DNA of 64,000 nucleotides from Neoconidiobolus thromboides FSU 785 (lineage: Eukaryota > Fungi > Entomophthoromycota): positions 62,001-126,000 of the forward strand of contig MU626292.1 of assembly GCA_025603075.1 (NCBI GenBank). The letters are read 5' to 3'. Below the pieces are notes generated by a model, which was not told the DNA's origin, ran no database searches, and was given only the letters and a program-made list of their open reading frames with translations. Every line of letters starts with the position of its first letter. The first letter of the stretch is position 1. The position numbers were made by a program, and so were the translations under genes. This document shows positions 49,465 to 63,488 of this stretch, one piece after another.

Positions 49465-50771
49465 TTACTGTTGTGCACATTGGACACCTGGACCTTGATG
49501 CATACCTTCTCCTTCCTCATCAATGCCTTCGTCAGCTCCTTCTGAACGTGATTTTTGTGTTGGATCTACATTGGTTAACATAACTTCTTCAGCTGAGCTA
49601 TCATGGGCTGGGGAATTCTTTGGTGGGAGCAATTTTTCAAGCTGAGCAAGGTGCTCAGGTGTAGCCCATCCATTTTCAGGGAACTCAACATCGAAAGTGA
49701 TGTAAAGATTACCATGTACATGATGACGGCGAGAAGGCATACCTTCACCTTCGATAGATTTGATTTCTCCTAATCACAATTAACAAAAACAAAAATTAAA
49801 TCGCTAAAATAAACTTACCATGTTTTATAGTTTCACCTGGGAGAATTGAAACTTCAAGTTTACGACCATCTAAATGTGTAATATGGAAAATACCACCAGT
49901 AAGGGCAGCATTAAGAGAAATTTTTTTGTTCATAAAAAGATCATCTTTGCTTCTCTTGAAGATAGCATGTGGTTTTTCTTCAAGGATAATCTCAACATCC
50001 CCTGGAATAGTTCCGGGTAAATGATTACCTTTACCTTCGAATTTAATAGTTTCTTGGTCCTTCATACCTTTATCGATATTGACCTCAACAATTTCACGAT
50101 CATTGACAACTTTTCCTCCTCTGCAGTCAGTACAACGATCTTTATCATTTATTAATTCTCCTTCACCTCGGCAATCAGTACATTGTTGTTGGAATTGTTG
50201 AATCATTGGTCCCATTTGACGAGTAATTAATCTAATACCTTGACCATGGCAGGCGCTACAAGTTTTAACTGATCCTTCTTTACCACCACGTCCGTTACAC
50301 CCTTTACATAATACTTGTTTAGAAATAGCAATTTTAGATACTTTGCCTTTATACAAATCTTCTAAAGAAATATTCATAGTATGATGAATAGGCTTGCATT
50401 TACGTGGTCCACTTGGTTGACGACGTTGTTGGCCTCCAAACATACCACCTCCGCCAAATAATTGGGAGAAAAGGTCTTCGGCAGACATACCATTACCACC
50501 ATCGCCATTAAGACCTTCTTCACCATATCTATCATAAACCTCACGTTTTTGTGGGTCAGATAAGACTTCATAAGCATGAGAAATTTCCTTGAATCTTTCA
50601 CCTTCGTTAGGGTTCTAAACAAATGAATATAATTCATTACTAATTTAATTAAAGATTTACCTTATCTGGATGGTACTTAAGAGCTAATTTACGATAGGCT
50701 TTTTTAAGCTCAGAATCGCTACTTTCAGGGTTTACGCCGAGTAAATCGTATAATTTAGTATCCTTTACCAT
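49465..50771 (-). CDS. YDJ1: Type I Hsp40 (DnaJ A) co-chaperone
   Basis: [18 protein letters not shown], CxxCxGxG zinc repeats, C-terminal CaaX box CAQQ. Confidence 0.96.
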
Positions 50772-52861
50772 GTTGAATAAGTTGAATTCGCAATAGACAA
50801 ATGTAAATTAAATAAAACTAACAAAAGCTAAACTTTTATGTTTTTTGAACTGACCAATTAAATTTCTAATCTCAATCACCCCAAATTTCATTAGTTTTTA
50901 TATCCAATCAATTTCGAGTTGATAAATTGGAACCCAAATTATCGATTTTTTTTCAAACTTTAATAATTTTAAGCTTGAGAGCTCCCTCTTAATTTGCTTG
51001 AATGTTGGTCAAAATTTACAAATTTGCAATTTCATTTGTTAACAAAACCTATATTTGGAAAGTACGCATTTATCGGTATCCAACTCAATTATTCTAGTAA
51101 GTTCTATCACTTTCAACCATTATTCCTCAATTAGTTTTATATTACTAAGTTTTCTGTTGAAAAAAAGCGGATCTATTATTAGTAATGACTTTAGTAAACA
51201 TTTATAACATTAAATAACAATGTCAACATAATTTTTTAGTCCCTTAAAAATTAACTATACAAAATGTTTATTTAAATATAAAATTAATTTTGAAACAAAC
51301 ATTAGATAAACTAGTTTAATTTCAGATAATAGTAAAAATTAAACCTCTGCCCATAAAATCAGGGATACTATTAAATCTTATTTTTCAATTCAAATTTCTA
51401 GAGTTTTAATTTTTATGAATCGAAAATCAATTGATAAGAAACCGGTATTAATATTATATTGAATATTACAATGTCCCAATTTCCAAATATAATTAACTCT
51501 GAAGGCATTTAATGTACAATGGAAGTTTTTAATATTTTTTTTAATGTATTCAAGCGTTTCTTTTCCACTTATTTTTGTACAACTATTCATGAGAAGATTT
51601 TTATTGTACCTGATTAATGTTTGTAAACTCTGAAACTATGGCTAAAAGTATAAGCTTACTCTTTAAACTAAGCTATAAATGTTAGATAGACTAGACTAGC
51701 ACACCTTTTTAATAAAGCGATTTTTTAACTTGATATGTATTTGTTTCATGGAAAAGGCAAAATATATTACCTATTGAGAAAATATAAACTGTTATAAAAT
51801 AAATTTTGGTAAGCATTTTGAAGTTGTACAAGTATTCTAACATCACTTCCGCCATTGAATCAATAAGTCATAAAGTAATCCTACTAAAGCTACGAGGTAT
51901 ATTTGAAAAATTTATATTATATAAATACTATGTCTATTATAGCTATAGTACTAAAAATCGAGCTTGTTTTAGCCTTAGTTATTTCAAATGTACAAAGTCA
52001 AGAATTTTTAATTTGGTAAAACAGCATTATGATATAATTACTCTTTTAGATAAGAAAGTTAAAAAGTTGGTAATTTTTACGCACTCCTCATGATCTATGA
52101 TTAAAATACTTATTTGAGATTCAAATTAATCCTTTATAACATATTTCCTTTGAGCTAATTTAGCACCAAGGTAATATTAAATTTACGCCAAAGTATTCGA
52201 TATTATAAATTTGTTTGATTTATTTTACAAAATTCCTCTTGCATTTATTTAATCTAGATTCTTTTTTTAGAAACACGTCTGGAACAACATATTTGGTATA
52301 AAATTTTAAACTGAATTTTATTATTCTATTTAATTTTATTAAAAATACATTTAGAACATTTTATTAAAAAACACTAAATGTATTAAAAGTACGCTTCATT
52401 TATTTATAGCCTAAAATAATTCAAAATTAACAGGAATTGCTATGTATGATATAGTATATTTTCTAAAGTAAGGCTGTTAAGCCTACATTAATAAAAATAG
52501 TGTAATATCAAGCATTAAAAATCAATTGATAAAGCTGAAATTTTAATTCGGTTTAAATTAAAAAATGAGGGAATTGAACTTATTAAGGCTTTAAAGAGGT
52601 GATAAAAATGATAGAAATTTATTCAATCATTTTTTGTAAATAAACAAGGGTATTGGACTGCTTATACTTAAAACCAATAATGAGCAGCTTTTTCATGAAT
52701 TTATATGTCATTAATCAGTTAATTACAGAGTATTACTTATGACACAATTTAGAACAACATAAAAAAGAATAGAATTATTTAAGAGTGTATAATAACAAAA
52801 CATATAAAATAAACGAAAATTCATTCCATAAATTCAATTTTAAAATAAAAATAAAAATAAA

Positions 52862-53272
52862 ATGATGCTAGAAAATGGACTAAAGAGAATGAATCTAAGC
52901 TGGAGACATAAAATCGAAACAAAAGGAGAAGAAGAATGGATAAAACGACCAAAAAAAGAAATGAATGTTAATTCTAATACTACCTCCAGATTATTAAAAA
53001 AACAACCTCAAGTTTGTCTAGCAACCACATCAATATGCAGTGAGAAAGCAAAAGAATATAAACCTTTAAATAAATCTTCATCTATCAACTGTCTAAAAGC
53101 ATTAGCATTAGCACCGAAATCAAAATTACCTATTACCATCTCTTGGCGTGAAGAGATCATTAACCTAAGACATAGCTTTTCATTAAATTATTTATTAAAA
53201 CAAGAAGAAATTATTGTTGATTTATGTCCTATTGAAGACGATATGTTCATCTCGGAAAGAGATTCCTTATAG
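52862..53272 (+). CDS. 136-aa hypothetical protein
   Basis: ATG ORF in an AT-rich island; no recognisable motif. Confidence 0.35.
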   Translation: MMLENGLKRMNLSWRHKIETKGEEEWIKRPKKEMNVNSNTTSRLLKKQPQVCLATTSICSEKAKEYKPLNKSSSINCLKALALAPKSKLPITISWREEIINLRHSFSLNYLLKQEEIIVDLCPIEDDMFISERDSL

Positions 53273-53845
53273 CTGTGCTAAAGTTCCTTGTTTTTATTTA
53301 TTCAACTAATCATTAAATTTCTTTCACCATAATAAAATTTAAAAATCAAATGTAATTATGACATTTTATAATAAAATTCAGGGTATTTTTTGAGAATTGT
53401 TATTCTCTATATTATATTTTTTGAGTTACCAATGTTACTGTAATAATTTTATAAATTATTAAGATTATTAAATACCACCGTTTATTAATAATATTTCATT
53501 TATTATTTATAAGTATTGTTATTCAAGCTATATCTAAAAATAAAACAAATGGTTTGTTGACAAATTATTATAATAATTATTATTTAATAAGATGATTTTT
53601 TATTCAAAAAGGGTATTAATTTTAAATCAGTTTTTATCATTTAATATTTAAAAGTAGCACAATTAAACAAAGCTATTGTACTACAAGTGCATTTATCTTG
53701 TAGATTAACTTAATCGAATTAGCGATGCTTTATTAATATAAAAAAGGCAGTAATAATACTGTATATATTATAAACACATTATTTCGATATAGCTTGCAAT
53801 TGTTAGTTCCTCATAATCTCATCAAATCTAACAATGGAATAATAC

Positions 53846-53946
53846 AGGGGATGTATTTTTGTATTTAAGAATTTTACTAACAATTTTTCTATTCAAATAG
53901 TGTTTAAAAAAGGAAAAAATGATGAAGCCAAAAAAAAACATCCCCA
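53846..53946 (-). mobile_element. MITE copy O
   Basis: Full length, flanks AC/TA. Confidence 0.88.
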
Positions 53947-54391
53947 TAACTTACATCTGAATAGTTGCTGTTGATGTTACCAGGATCCATACTTTTAGTA
54001 TTTTAATACAAATAAAGAAAACACAAAAACATGTTTGTAATAGTGGGATTTATTAAGCTATCAATGTAGAATCACAGGAAAGCATTCATAAAAAACCCTT
54101 ATAGATTAATTATTGTGCAATTCATGCAAATAATAACCACAGATGTATAGAAGTTTAAGCATACAAAGCACAACCAATATGATATTTTTTTAAGAGTGTA
54201 TTATGTGTGGGGTAAAACCCGATTCGTACATATGATATTTGGTGGTTTAATATATAGTCTTTTAATAGCTATTAAGAGTTAAGTAGTTTGTAATAGTATT
54301 AATGGTTAAAATTTTTCAAAAACTTTAATTTACAAATTGCTTTTATCTGTAATAATTTACTAGTAAAATAAAAATAATGGCCAAATGTGTG

Positions 54392-54486
54392 TAGGGATGT
54401 TCTTTTTGGCTTCATCACTTTTTCTATCTTTCAAGTGCTATTTAAGTGCAAAAATTGTAAAATTCTTAAACAAAAGTACATCCTCA
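54392..54486 (+). mobile_element. MITE copy P, 14 bp beyond the F-box stop codon
   Basis: Consensus core, flanks TG/TA. Confidence 0.85.
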
Positions 54487-54500
54487 TATGCTACTACCAG

Positions 54501-55802
54501 TTACTCTGATTTTATCCAGTCCAATGATGGAACATATTCAGATAGAATAGAAAGATCGGTATCTTTGTAGCAACTAAATGGAGCAATAAATATTAAGGGA
54601 GCAGTATGAACATAGTCGAGTCCTGTATCACGATTTATAAAATAAAGAGCTTCAGCTTTAATTACTTTCAGGTTAGGAAAAAGAGATAAAAAAAACGCAA
54701 AGGCCTCGAAAGTGGAATATAAACAATTAATTTTAATTTCCTTGATAAGACTAGACTGAAGTAATTTGAACTTTTCATCATAAAAATCATTCCTAGTTAG
54801 GTCCAATTTTGCAAATAGTTTTTCTAGATCAAGTCGTATGGATCCAAAATTAATAATTTGAGTACTTGTTAATAAAGGAATTAAATTTAGCGTCTCTTTT
54901 GTGAAATCCCAAAAATACACATCCTTTAACGTTGGAATTTTTAAAAGATCGTAATTAATCGGATTTCTTGGGTTGAAATAACCTAAACCAACGACATTAC
55001 TATTTTCAATTAATACCATGTTATTGTGTTTATTGTTATTGTTAAAATAAAGGCTATTATAGTTCATTAACTTTATACCTTTTATTTTATTCAAGTCCCC
55101 AAAATATTTGATATTAAAATCATTCCCAAGGTACCCTCTAATTTCTATTTTTAAATTAGAGACAAAGTTTATTGATGGATTTATTTGATTATTAATTTCA
55201 ATGTGCTCATCAGATTTTAAATTTAACCTCCTTAAATTAATAAATTTTGTTTTGATTGTATCTAATCCTTTGATATCTATACCTCCAATTGAATATACTT
55301 TAAGTGCTATTAATTTATCCGGGTTTAACTCTTTAACAACTTCTTCGATTGATATATTTAGTCCAATACATTCAAATACTACAACCTGATTTAAGTAGCT
55401 ATTGAATACATTCAAAGACTCTTTAAAATTAGAAGAATCTATACTAAGTTTTCTTAATTTCGGCAATTCAATTTCTAGCTTGTTAATATCCACTGTATCG
55501 ATACTAGCATGTATAGAGGTTAAATTTGGACAACTATCCAAAAACCTAATTGTATCATCCTTTACATAAATATGATTCATTAAAATTCCATTCTCCAGAA
55601 TGAATTTATATTGATATTTCTGATATTTAGTAAACCCAACTTGAAAATATACTGAATAAATTGAGTGATATTTAATTACTCTATTTACAATATCAAATAA
55701 CTCTTTACTTAAAAAACACAAGTCAAACAATTCTTCCGGGTGTAACAACTTGAATATATCTTCTAGTAGTACATCGGATAATTGGCAAAACTTTAACACC
55801 AT
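54501..55802 (-). CDS. Intronless 433-aa F-box/LRR (RNI-like) protein
   Basis: N-terminal F-box-like QLSDVLLEDIFKLLHPEELFDLCFLSKE; LRR-like CPNLTSI, LPKLRKLSI, FINLRRLNL, FPNLKVI; two paralogous remnants in the window. Confidence 0.75.
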   Translation of the reverse strand: MVLKFCQLSDVLLEDIFKLLHPEELFDLCFLSKELFDIVNRVIKYHSIYSVYFQVGFTKYQKYQYKFILENGILMNHIYVKDDTIRFLDSCPNLTSIHASIDTVDINKLEIELPKLRKLSIDSSNFKESLNVFNSYLNQVVVFECIGLNISIEEVVKELNPDKLIALKVYSIGGIDIKGLDTIKTKFINLRRLNLKSDEHIEINNQINPSINFVSNLKIEIRGYLGNDFNIKYFGDLNKIKGIKLMNYNSLYFNNNNKHNNMVLIENSNVVGLGYFNPRNPINYDLLKIPTLKDVYFWDFTKETLNLIPLLTSTQIINFGSIRLDLEKLFAKLDLTRNDFYDEKFKLLQSSLIKEIKINCLYSTFEAFAFFLSLFPNLKVIKAEALYFINRDTGLDYVHTAPLIFIAPFSCYKDTDLSILSEYVPSLDWIKSE

Positions 55803-56829
55803 TTTGAATAAAATGCAGAAAGAAAAACAGTGTTACTTTTAAATTCATGATGCTTTCATAAGCAAAATTTATTATACTATTGCATAAATCAAATTTTGTT
55901 AATAGATGACACATTTTTGAAAATCTTGATAATAGATAGTAGTTTAAGTTGGATATAATAAGTAAACCAATGGTAATGACAATGAAGTATTACAGTTGTT
56001 TTTGTTATTTGTGTAATTAATATTAAGCAAGCTAATTAAAAATCATATTGCTAAAATATGTGTACAATAATCAAATTACTGTATGCTTCTGGTTTACTTT
56101 AAAAATTAATATTCTTAATTATTTTTAATAAATCTGATAAAAAATTGTAATAAAATAGCTTTAAATTTGTAATATACTTAATAAACTATCATCAACTTCC
56201 CTTATATCTCATTCTCTCCTCTTGACTATGTTTAGCTTCTCTTTAAACAAATATCTATAGTTAATCAAGCTATACCTCATAATTTTAATACTTTAAGACG
56301 ATGCTCGATTCAGATACTTTAGTTAAATAAATAAAATCGTATAGAAAGCTAGACGAACATGGAACTCTTAATACATGATTTGAAAATATATTCTGAATCA
56401 TTTTTGTGCTTATTAAAATTATTGAGTGATTTGATGAGCTATTATTATAATCAGTCAAACTACTCATTTATTGTTTCTATGTTTGTGTCTTTATTTTTAG
56501 CTCAAGCATTCTATAATTGATAGCTCAGATTATGTATTAGTACTAATGATATATTATAAGAAATTACAATACTACAAATTAGAAACGAATCCATATGAGC
56601 GTTTATGTGAAATTGTTATTTCTAGGTTTAAAGTTATTAAACCTCTTATTAAATATATATGTATAAATATATAAAGAAATGTTTTTCTAGACCGATTGCT
56701 GTACAATTTATAAATAATTGATTATTCATATTTTAAACTAAATTAAACCATCCAGTGTAGTATATGGGTTTTATTACTAAAGTCCTATGAAAAACTATGT
56801 AAGTAGCGTTTGACAAAAACCGATTTATA

Positions 56830-56928
56830 TGGGGATGTTTTTTGGTTTCATCACTTTTTCCATCTTTTAACCCCTATCTGGACGGAAAATTTGCTAGTAA
56901 AATTCTTAAACACAAAAATACATTCCCA
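56830..56928 (+). mobile_element. MITE copy Q
   Basis: Full length, flanks TA/TA. Confidence 0.9.
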
Positions 56929-57050
56929 TATAATTAAACTAATATTTTAAACTTTAAAGATTAAAGTATGAAACTTTGTCTTTAATTTGTATCTAACACG
57001 ATTCAATAATAATAACAAAATACTGGTTATATGGGATATGTACCAGTATT

Positions 57051-58350
57051 TTAGTATACTTTGATACAGTTTAACAACGGAATATATTTTGATAGATCAT
57101 AAAAGAAATTCACTGATATAAATTTAAAGGGTATAATAAATAATAAAGAGGTGGCGTATTTGTAATTGAATTCTATATATTCAGTTATTAGATCAAAGCA
57201 TTTAATTTGACCAGTTCAATATTAAGGAAAAGAGATAAATAAAAAATGAATTTTCTAAGGTTAATTTCAAAATATTCAGTTTTAATTTGCTTTGTAAATT
57301 GACATTTAGTCAAAATGTATGCTTCACTATATAAGCTGTCCCCTTTTAAACTGGATTTACCAAATATCTCCTTTATATCAGCATCTAAATATTTAATACA
57401 AACAGTTTAAATATTTGATAGGAGTGAAATTAATTTTAACAAGTTTCTTGAAAAAGCCTTAACATGAGCTTCTTTTAAGGCTGGCAGCTTTAAAAAGTCA
57501 TAATTAGTTGGATAACTAGGATCAAAATACCCCAGAACGATGATATTACCCTTTCCAATTACCTTTATATCATCACGTCCATTATTGGTGTTAGGATAAT
57601 AGCCAGTTGATTATGCTAGTTTAATGCTTTTTATTTGATTTAAACCACTGGAATATCTGACACCAAGCTCATCATAAAAACGTCTTTGAACTTTTGAAGT
57701 TAAGATTGAATTAAAATCTGTTCTAAGATTAAGTTTATTAGGTATAACAATAAATATGTCAGATTCTAAGTTTAATACTTTTAGATTATTAAACCTTGTT
57801 TTAACCATATTTGACTCATCCAGATATAATAAATTTATACTACTAACGATAAGAGATCTTAATATATTTAGATTTAAGTTTTCAACGAGAGTGAAAATTG
57901 GTATATGTTCTGCACTAAAATTAAGTACTTTAAGTTGGCTTAAATACTTGTTGAAGATACTTGCTCCCTTTTTGCATTCATAACATAATAATAATACTTT
58001 TCTCAATTTTGGCATCTCAATCTTGAGTTGGAATATACTTATTAGTTGGGCTTAAATAAAGTATACATTGTATATTTGGACAATAACTTAAAAGCTTTAT
58101 TTTATTATCATCTAGACTTATATGTTTCATTAAGGATCAATTTTCTTTGGTAAGTTTTTCTTAAAAACTCTTATACTTCCAATATCTATTTTGATTATAT
58201 ATTGAATGGGCTAAATTATATTTAATTACATCACCTATAATATTATAAAAGCCTTTACTTAAAGCATAAATTAAATGAATCTTCTGCAGGTAATAGGTTG
58301 AATATATCTTGTAATAAGATATCAGATAATTGATTAAACTTTAATTCTGT
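57051..58350 (-). pseudogene. Tandem F-box/LRR-like pseudogene paralog of 54501-55802
   Basis: LKFNQLSDILLQDIFNLLPAEDSFNLCF then frameshift/stop; MPKLRKV...FNKYLSQLKV; RFNNLKVLNLESD; LSLFLNIELVK; ends LSKYIPLLNCIKVY*. Same length (~1.3 kb) and orientation; ACA at the start position. Confidence 0.85.
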
Positions 58351-59722
58351 TTGTAATAAAATTAGAATAACTCGATTCTAATTTCTGTATATTTTATTGT
58401 TTCGATTTCGTAAGCAAATTTATAACCCACATTGTTGGTTAAATAAATTATATGTTTTTAAAAAGTTGATAGTTATTGAACAATATACAATTAAGCTAAA
58501 TATTATAAGTTATAATACTTTTGATACTAAATACTGATGATAGGTTGTTTTTATTTTCTTCTTCGTTATCATTTAGTCTATGGTTTTTGCTATTAATTCA
58601 AAATTTAAATCTAATATAAAATCGTATAAAATAACCAAAATGTTAATATTTTCGAAACGCACCCCAGTCCACCTTCATATTTTTAATAACCAGATCCATA
58701 AAAAAACTCCTTACAAATAAGCCATGGTACATCTTATTAAATAGGGTATCTCTTAATTTCATTCTTGTTTTGCTCTCTTCACATCATACACGCTTTTCTT
58801 TCCTATTTAAAAATAGGCCTACAATTGAATATTTTATTTTTAGTTTTAACTTGAGAAGCTATTTACTAAATTGATTTAATTGTGATACCAGCTGTGATAT
58901 GCTTAATAATATACTCAACTAAAGTATTAACTGATTTATTAACTCTATATAACTACTTCACTATATCTATAAAAAAACTCGATAACTTTTATTCTTATTT
59001 TTTTTGCCTATTTACTAGTTTCTTCCATATTTCTAATATGATAAAATTAAAAATTTACTCAAGATAAATTTTTGGTCAATATTTCAATGTCTAGGTGCTA
59101 TTGTCCAAAATTTAGATCCATTTTAATATGGCGGTTAATGTGGCTATTATATGCCCTACACAATATAATATAGCTCTCTTAAAATAGTCCACATCTTAAT
59201 TCTAGTAAACAAAAGGACTTTTATAGAGCCATTGATATTAAAAACACTACCTTACTCTTATACTATAAGTGACAACGAGTACTTCGAAGACAAAATAGTA
59301 TTAAAAACAATCCTAATTTTACATTTAGATTATAAAGAATTAATGTCAAATATTATTTCATTCTAATTATAAAATAAAAGTATATGCTATACTTAATAAA
59401 ATAGATATTCAACGTCATAAAATAGCCTAGTCCCTATTTAAATATCAAGCCTATTAGACTTTATAATGTTGACCCTAAATCATAATTTGGTCGTAATAAT
59501 TTAATTGATACTAAATTAACCACTAGACTTTCATTTTGAAATCGTAACTTTGTTACTGGTCTTTCCATTTATATTTCATAGCTGATTCTAATCAAGTTGA
59601 TAAATTATACTAAAATATAAATAGTTTATAAACTTCAATACTAGATTAACCTAAAACATTGGTTAAACTTTAATGAAATATTTATTTGTTTTATTAGAGG
59701 TGGAAACACTGATAATTTAAAT

Positions 59723-61354
<1,632 letters not shown>

Positions 61355-62500
61355 CTTATACAATAAATGAAAAGGAAAACGATTCCAACTTGTTTTAAAA
61401 TTTACACTTACAATATAATTAAGTTTTATCCCAAATCATCAAATCATAGTAAGGTGATGATCTATTCTCACTATTGATTGGTCAGTATCGAAAATTTTTA
61501 AATTTGTATCGGATATACTATTTCATTTGTTTACAAAGTTTACTTTCATTGGCTTAATTACAATTAATTGCCCAAATTAATCCAATCAAATGTACTTAAA
61601 ATCTAACATGGATCTAGCCTACGTCCCATAATTTTTTATTTATCAGATTACCCAAATTCGTTTGAATACTTAAACGAATTTTATTGGACGATAGTCAAAT
61701 CAATTCTACTAATAATTCAAATCATAAAAATTATGGGAAAACTTAACTATCAATCAGATAATTTAATATTTGGCTATTTTTAAATTTAGTATAAGATACA
61801 ACAATGAATATGAAATATTGTTAATAAAACAACTTAAAACATAGCTAGATAAATGTATTCCTTTGGTATTTTTCATAACAGTTCTATTTTAAAGCCAAAC
61901 ATTAATGAAATCTAGTTTTTAGAGTCATTGATACTTTAAAGTAAAGTGAATATTATTTAATTTTAAATTATCAATACCTTTTTTAAATTTGAAGTTTCAT
62001 AGAATTATAAAATCAGAATCTTAACAAAATTACAAAATACAAAAGCAGATTTTATATAGTCAGTGACTATACAATGATATTAATTATTAATTATTAATTA
62101 TTAATTAGATTGTAAATATAATGAGTATTCTTTTTCGCTTTCAATCACTTTTTATGCAGTATTAAAGAAACAATTTATTAGTAGAATTATATAAAAGAAG
62201 AAACATTCCTATATCTAAATTAAAACTAAGCTAATTTATTATATATAACAATTTACAAAATATAAAACAGTTATGCTATTTTAATAGTAATTATCAAATT
62301 TAAAATAATCTTAAATTAATAAACAAAATATCAAAAAATTGAAAAAATATTATATTTGTTATCAATTAATAATAAAACTCATTATACAAGATATTTAAAA
62401 TTCAACTATATGGAATGTAGTACAAATTTGGTAAATTTTAGATTTTAAAAAGTGTGGATTAATTGCTGAATAATGTAACAATTCTATTTGAATAACAATT

Positions 62501-62597
62501 TAAGGGAGTTTTCAAGTTTCATCGTATTTTCGATTTTCTTAGCGCTACTAAATGGAAAGAGTATTAGCAAATTTCTCAAGCAAAAAGGGCATTCTTA
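62501..62597 (+). mobile_element. MITE copy R (highly degenerate)
   Basis: GTTTCATC...TTAGCGCTA..AAATGGAAAGAGTATTAGCAAATTTCTCAAG aligns to the consensus; flanks TT/TT. Confidence 0.6.
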
Positions 62598-62712
62598 TTT
62601 ATTTTAGAAATGTAATTACAAAAATAGTAGCAAATAATTTATCTAAAAAACTATACCTTTTTCGCTTAGACCCATAGGAATTCTAATGTGTTAATAGATT
62701 GAGTTGAGTAGA

Positions 62713-62814
62713 TGGGGATGTATTTTTATGTTTAAGAATTTTACTAACAAATTTTCCGCTTAAATAATGCTTAAATAATGGAAAAAATAATGAAGTCAAA
62801 AAAAAACACCCCCA
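62713..62814 (-). mobile_element. MITE copy S
   Basis: Full length, flanks GA/GA. Confidence 0.9.
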
Positions 62815-62880
62815 GATAATGGACTAAAAATGTTCAATAGAAACTTAACAAAATATCAAACAGTATTGTTAAAATTTTAA

Positions 62881-62975
62881 TGAAGATGTATTTTTTGTTT
62901 AAAAGATTTATTAGTATTTTTTTCTCAAATGGTGTTCAAAAATAGAAAATACAATAAAACTAAAAAGCATCCCTA
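62881..62975 (-). mobile_element. MITE copy T (degenerate)
   Basis: TGAAGATGTATTTTTTGTTTAAAAGATTTATTAG...AGCATCCCTA; flanks AA/AA. Confidence 0.7.
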
Positions 62976-63005
62976 AATGCTTCTGTAAAATAAGCTTTTA
63001 ACAAA

Positions 63006-63105
63006 TGGGAATGTATTTTTGTATCTAACAATTTTACTAACAATTTTTCCATTCAAATACTACTTAAAAAATGGAAAAGTGATGAAACTAAAAAAAACAT
63101 CTCCA
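63006..63105 (-). mobile_element. MITE copy U
   Basis: Full length, flanks AA/AA. Confidence 0.88.
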
Positions 63106-63488
63106 AATGATGTCTATCTTTAATTCCTTTTTAAAAAAACAAGCAGAAAAAGTGGACATTTAAAACATTCAATTGTAGCAATTTTTTATTTAAATTTGAA
63201 AAATGTTTTGCATTCTGTTTAGGTTCTGATAAACATTTTAATATAATTACTTACATAGGTAATTCATAAGCATACTGAAATACCTATGAGTTTATGTGAA
63301 AAAGGTTTAATAAAAAGATAAAAGAATTAAATTAGGATGTAGAATGAATCTGTCTAATCATTTAATTTAATTTCGATTACTAATTGGAGTCTTTAAGACA
63401 CTTATACTTTATTTGATAATTAATGATGTCAAACACAAATAACAAACAAAACAAAATATAACAAGCACATTATACTTTAATGAAAAGC

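Noticed and set aside
51806-52093. Fourth F-box/LRR remnant (KYSNITS, ILLKLRGI, IFNLVK)
   Set aside because: Similarity too weak, and no F-box motif found at the expected upstream position
53950-54300. Hydrophobic broken reading frame between MITEs O and P
   Set aside because: Several stops and no recognisable family; compatible with AT-rich background
54385-54570. Short ORFs overlapping MITEs (also 27547-27753 and 27834-28028)
   Set aside because: They are translations of the non-coding repeat
720-58350. Stop-codon reassignment (TAA read as Gln) to explain TAA-interrupted frames
   Set aside because: Conserved genes end normally at TAA, TAG and TGA, and the interrupted frames also contain frameshifts
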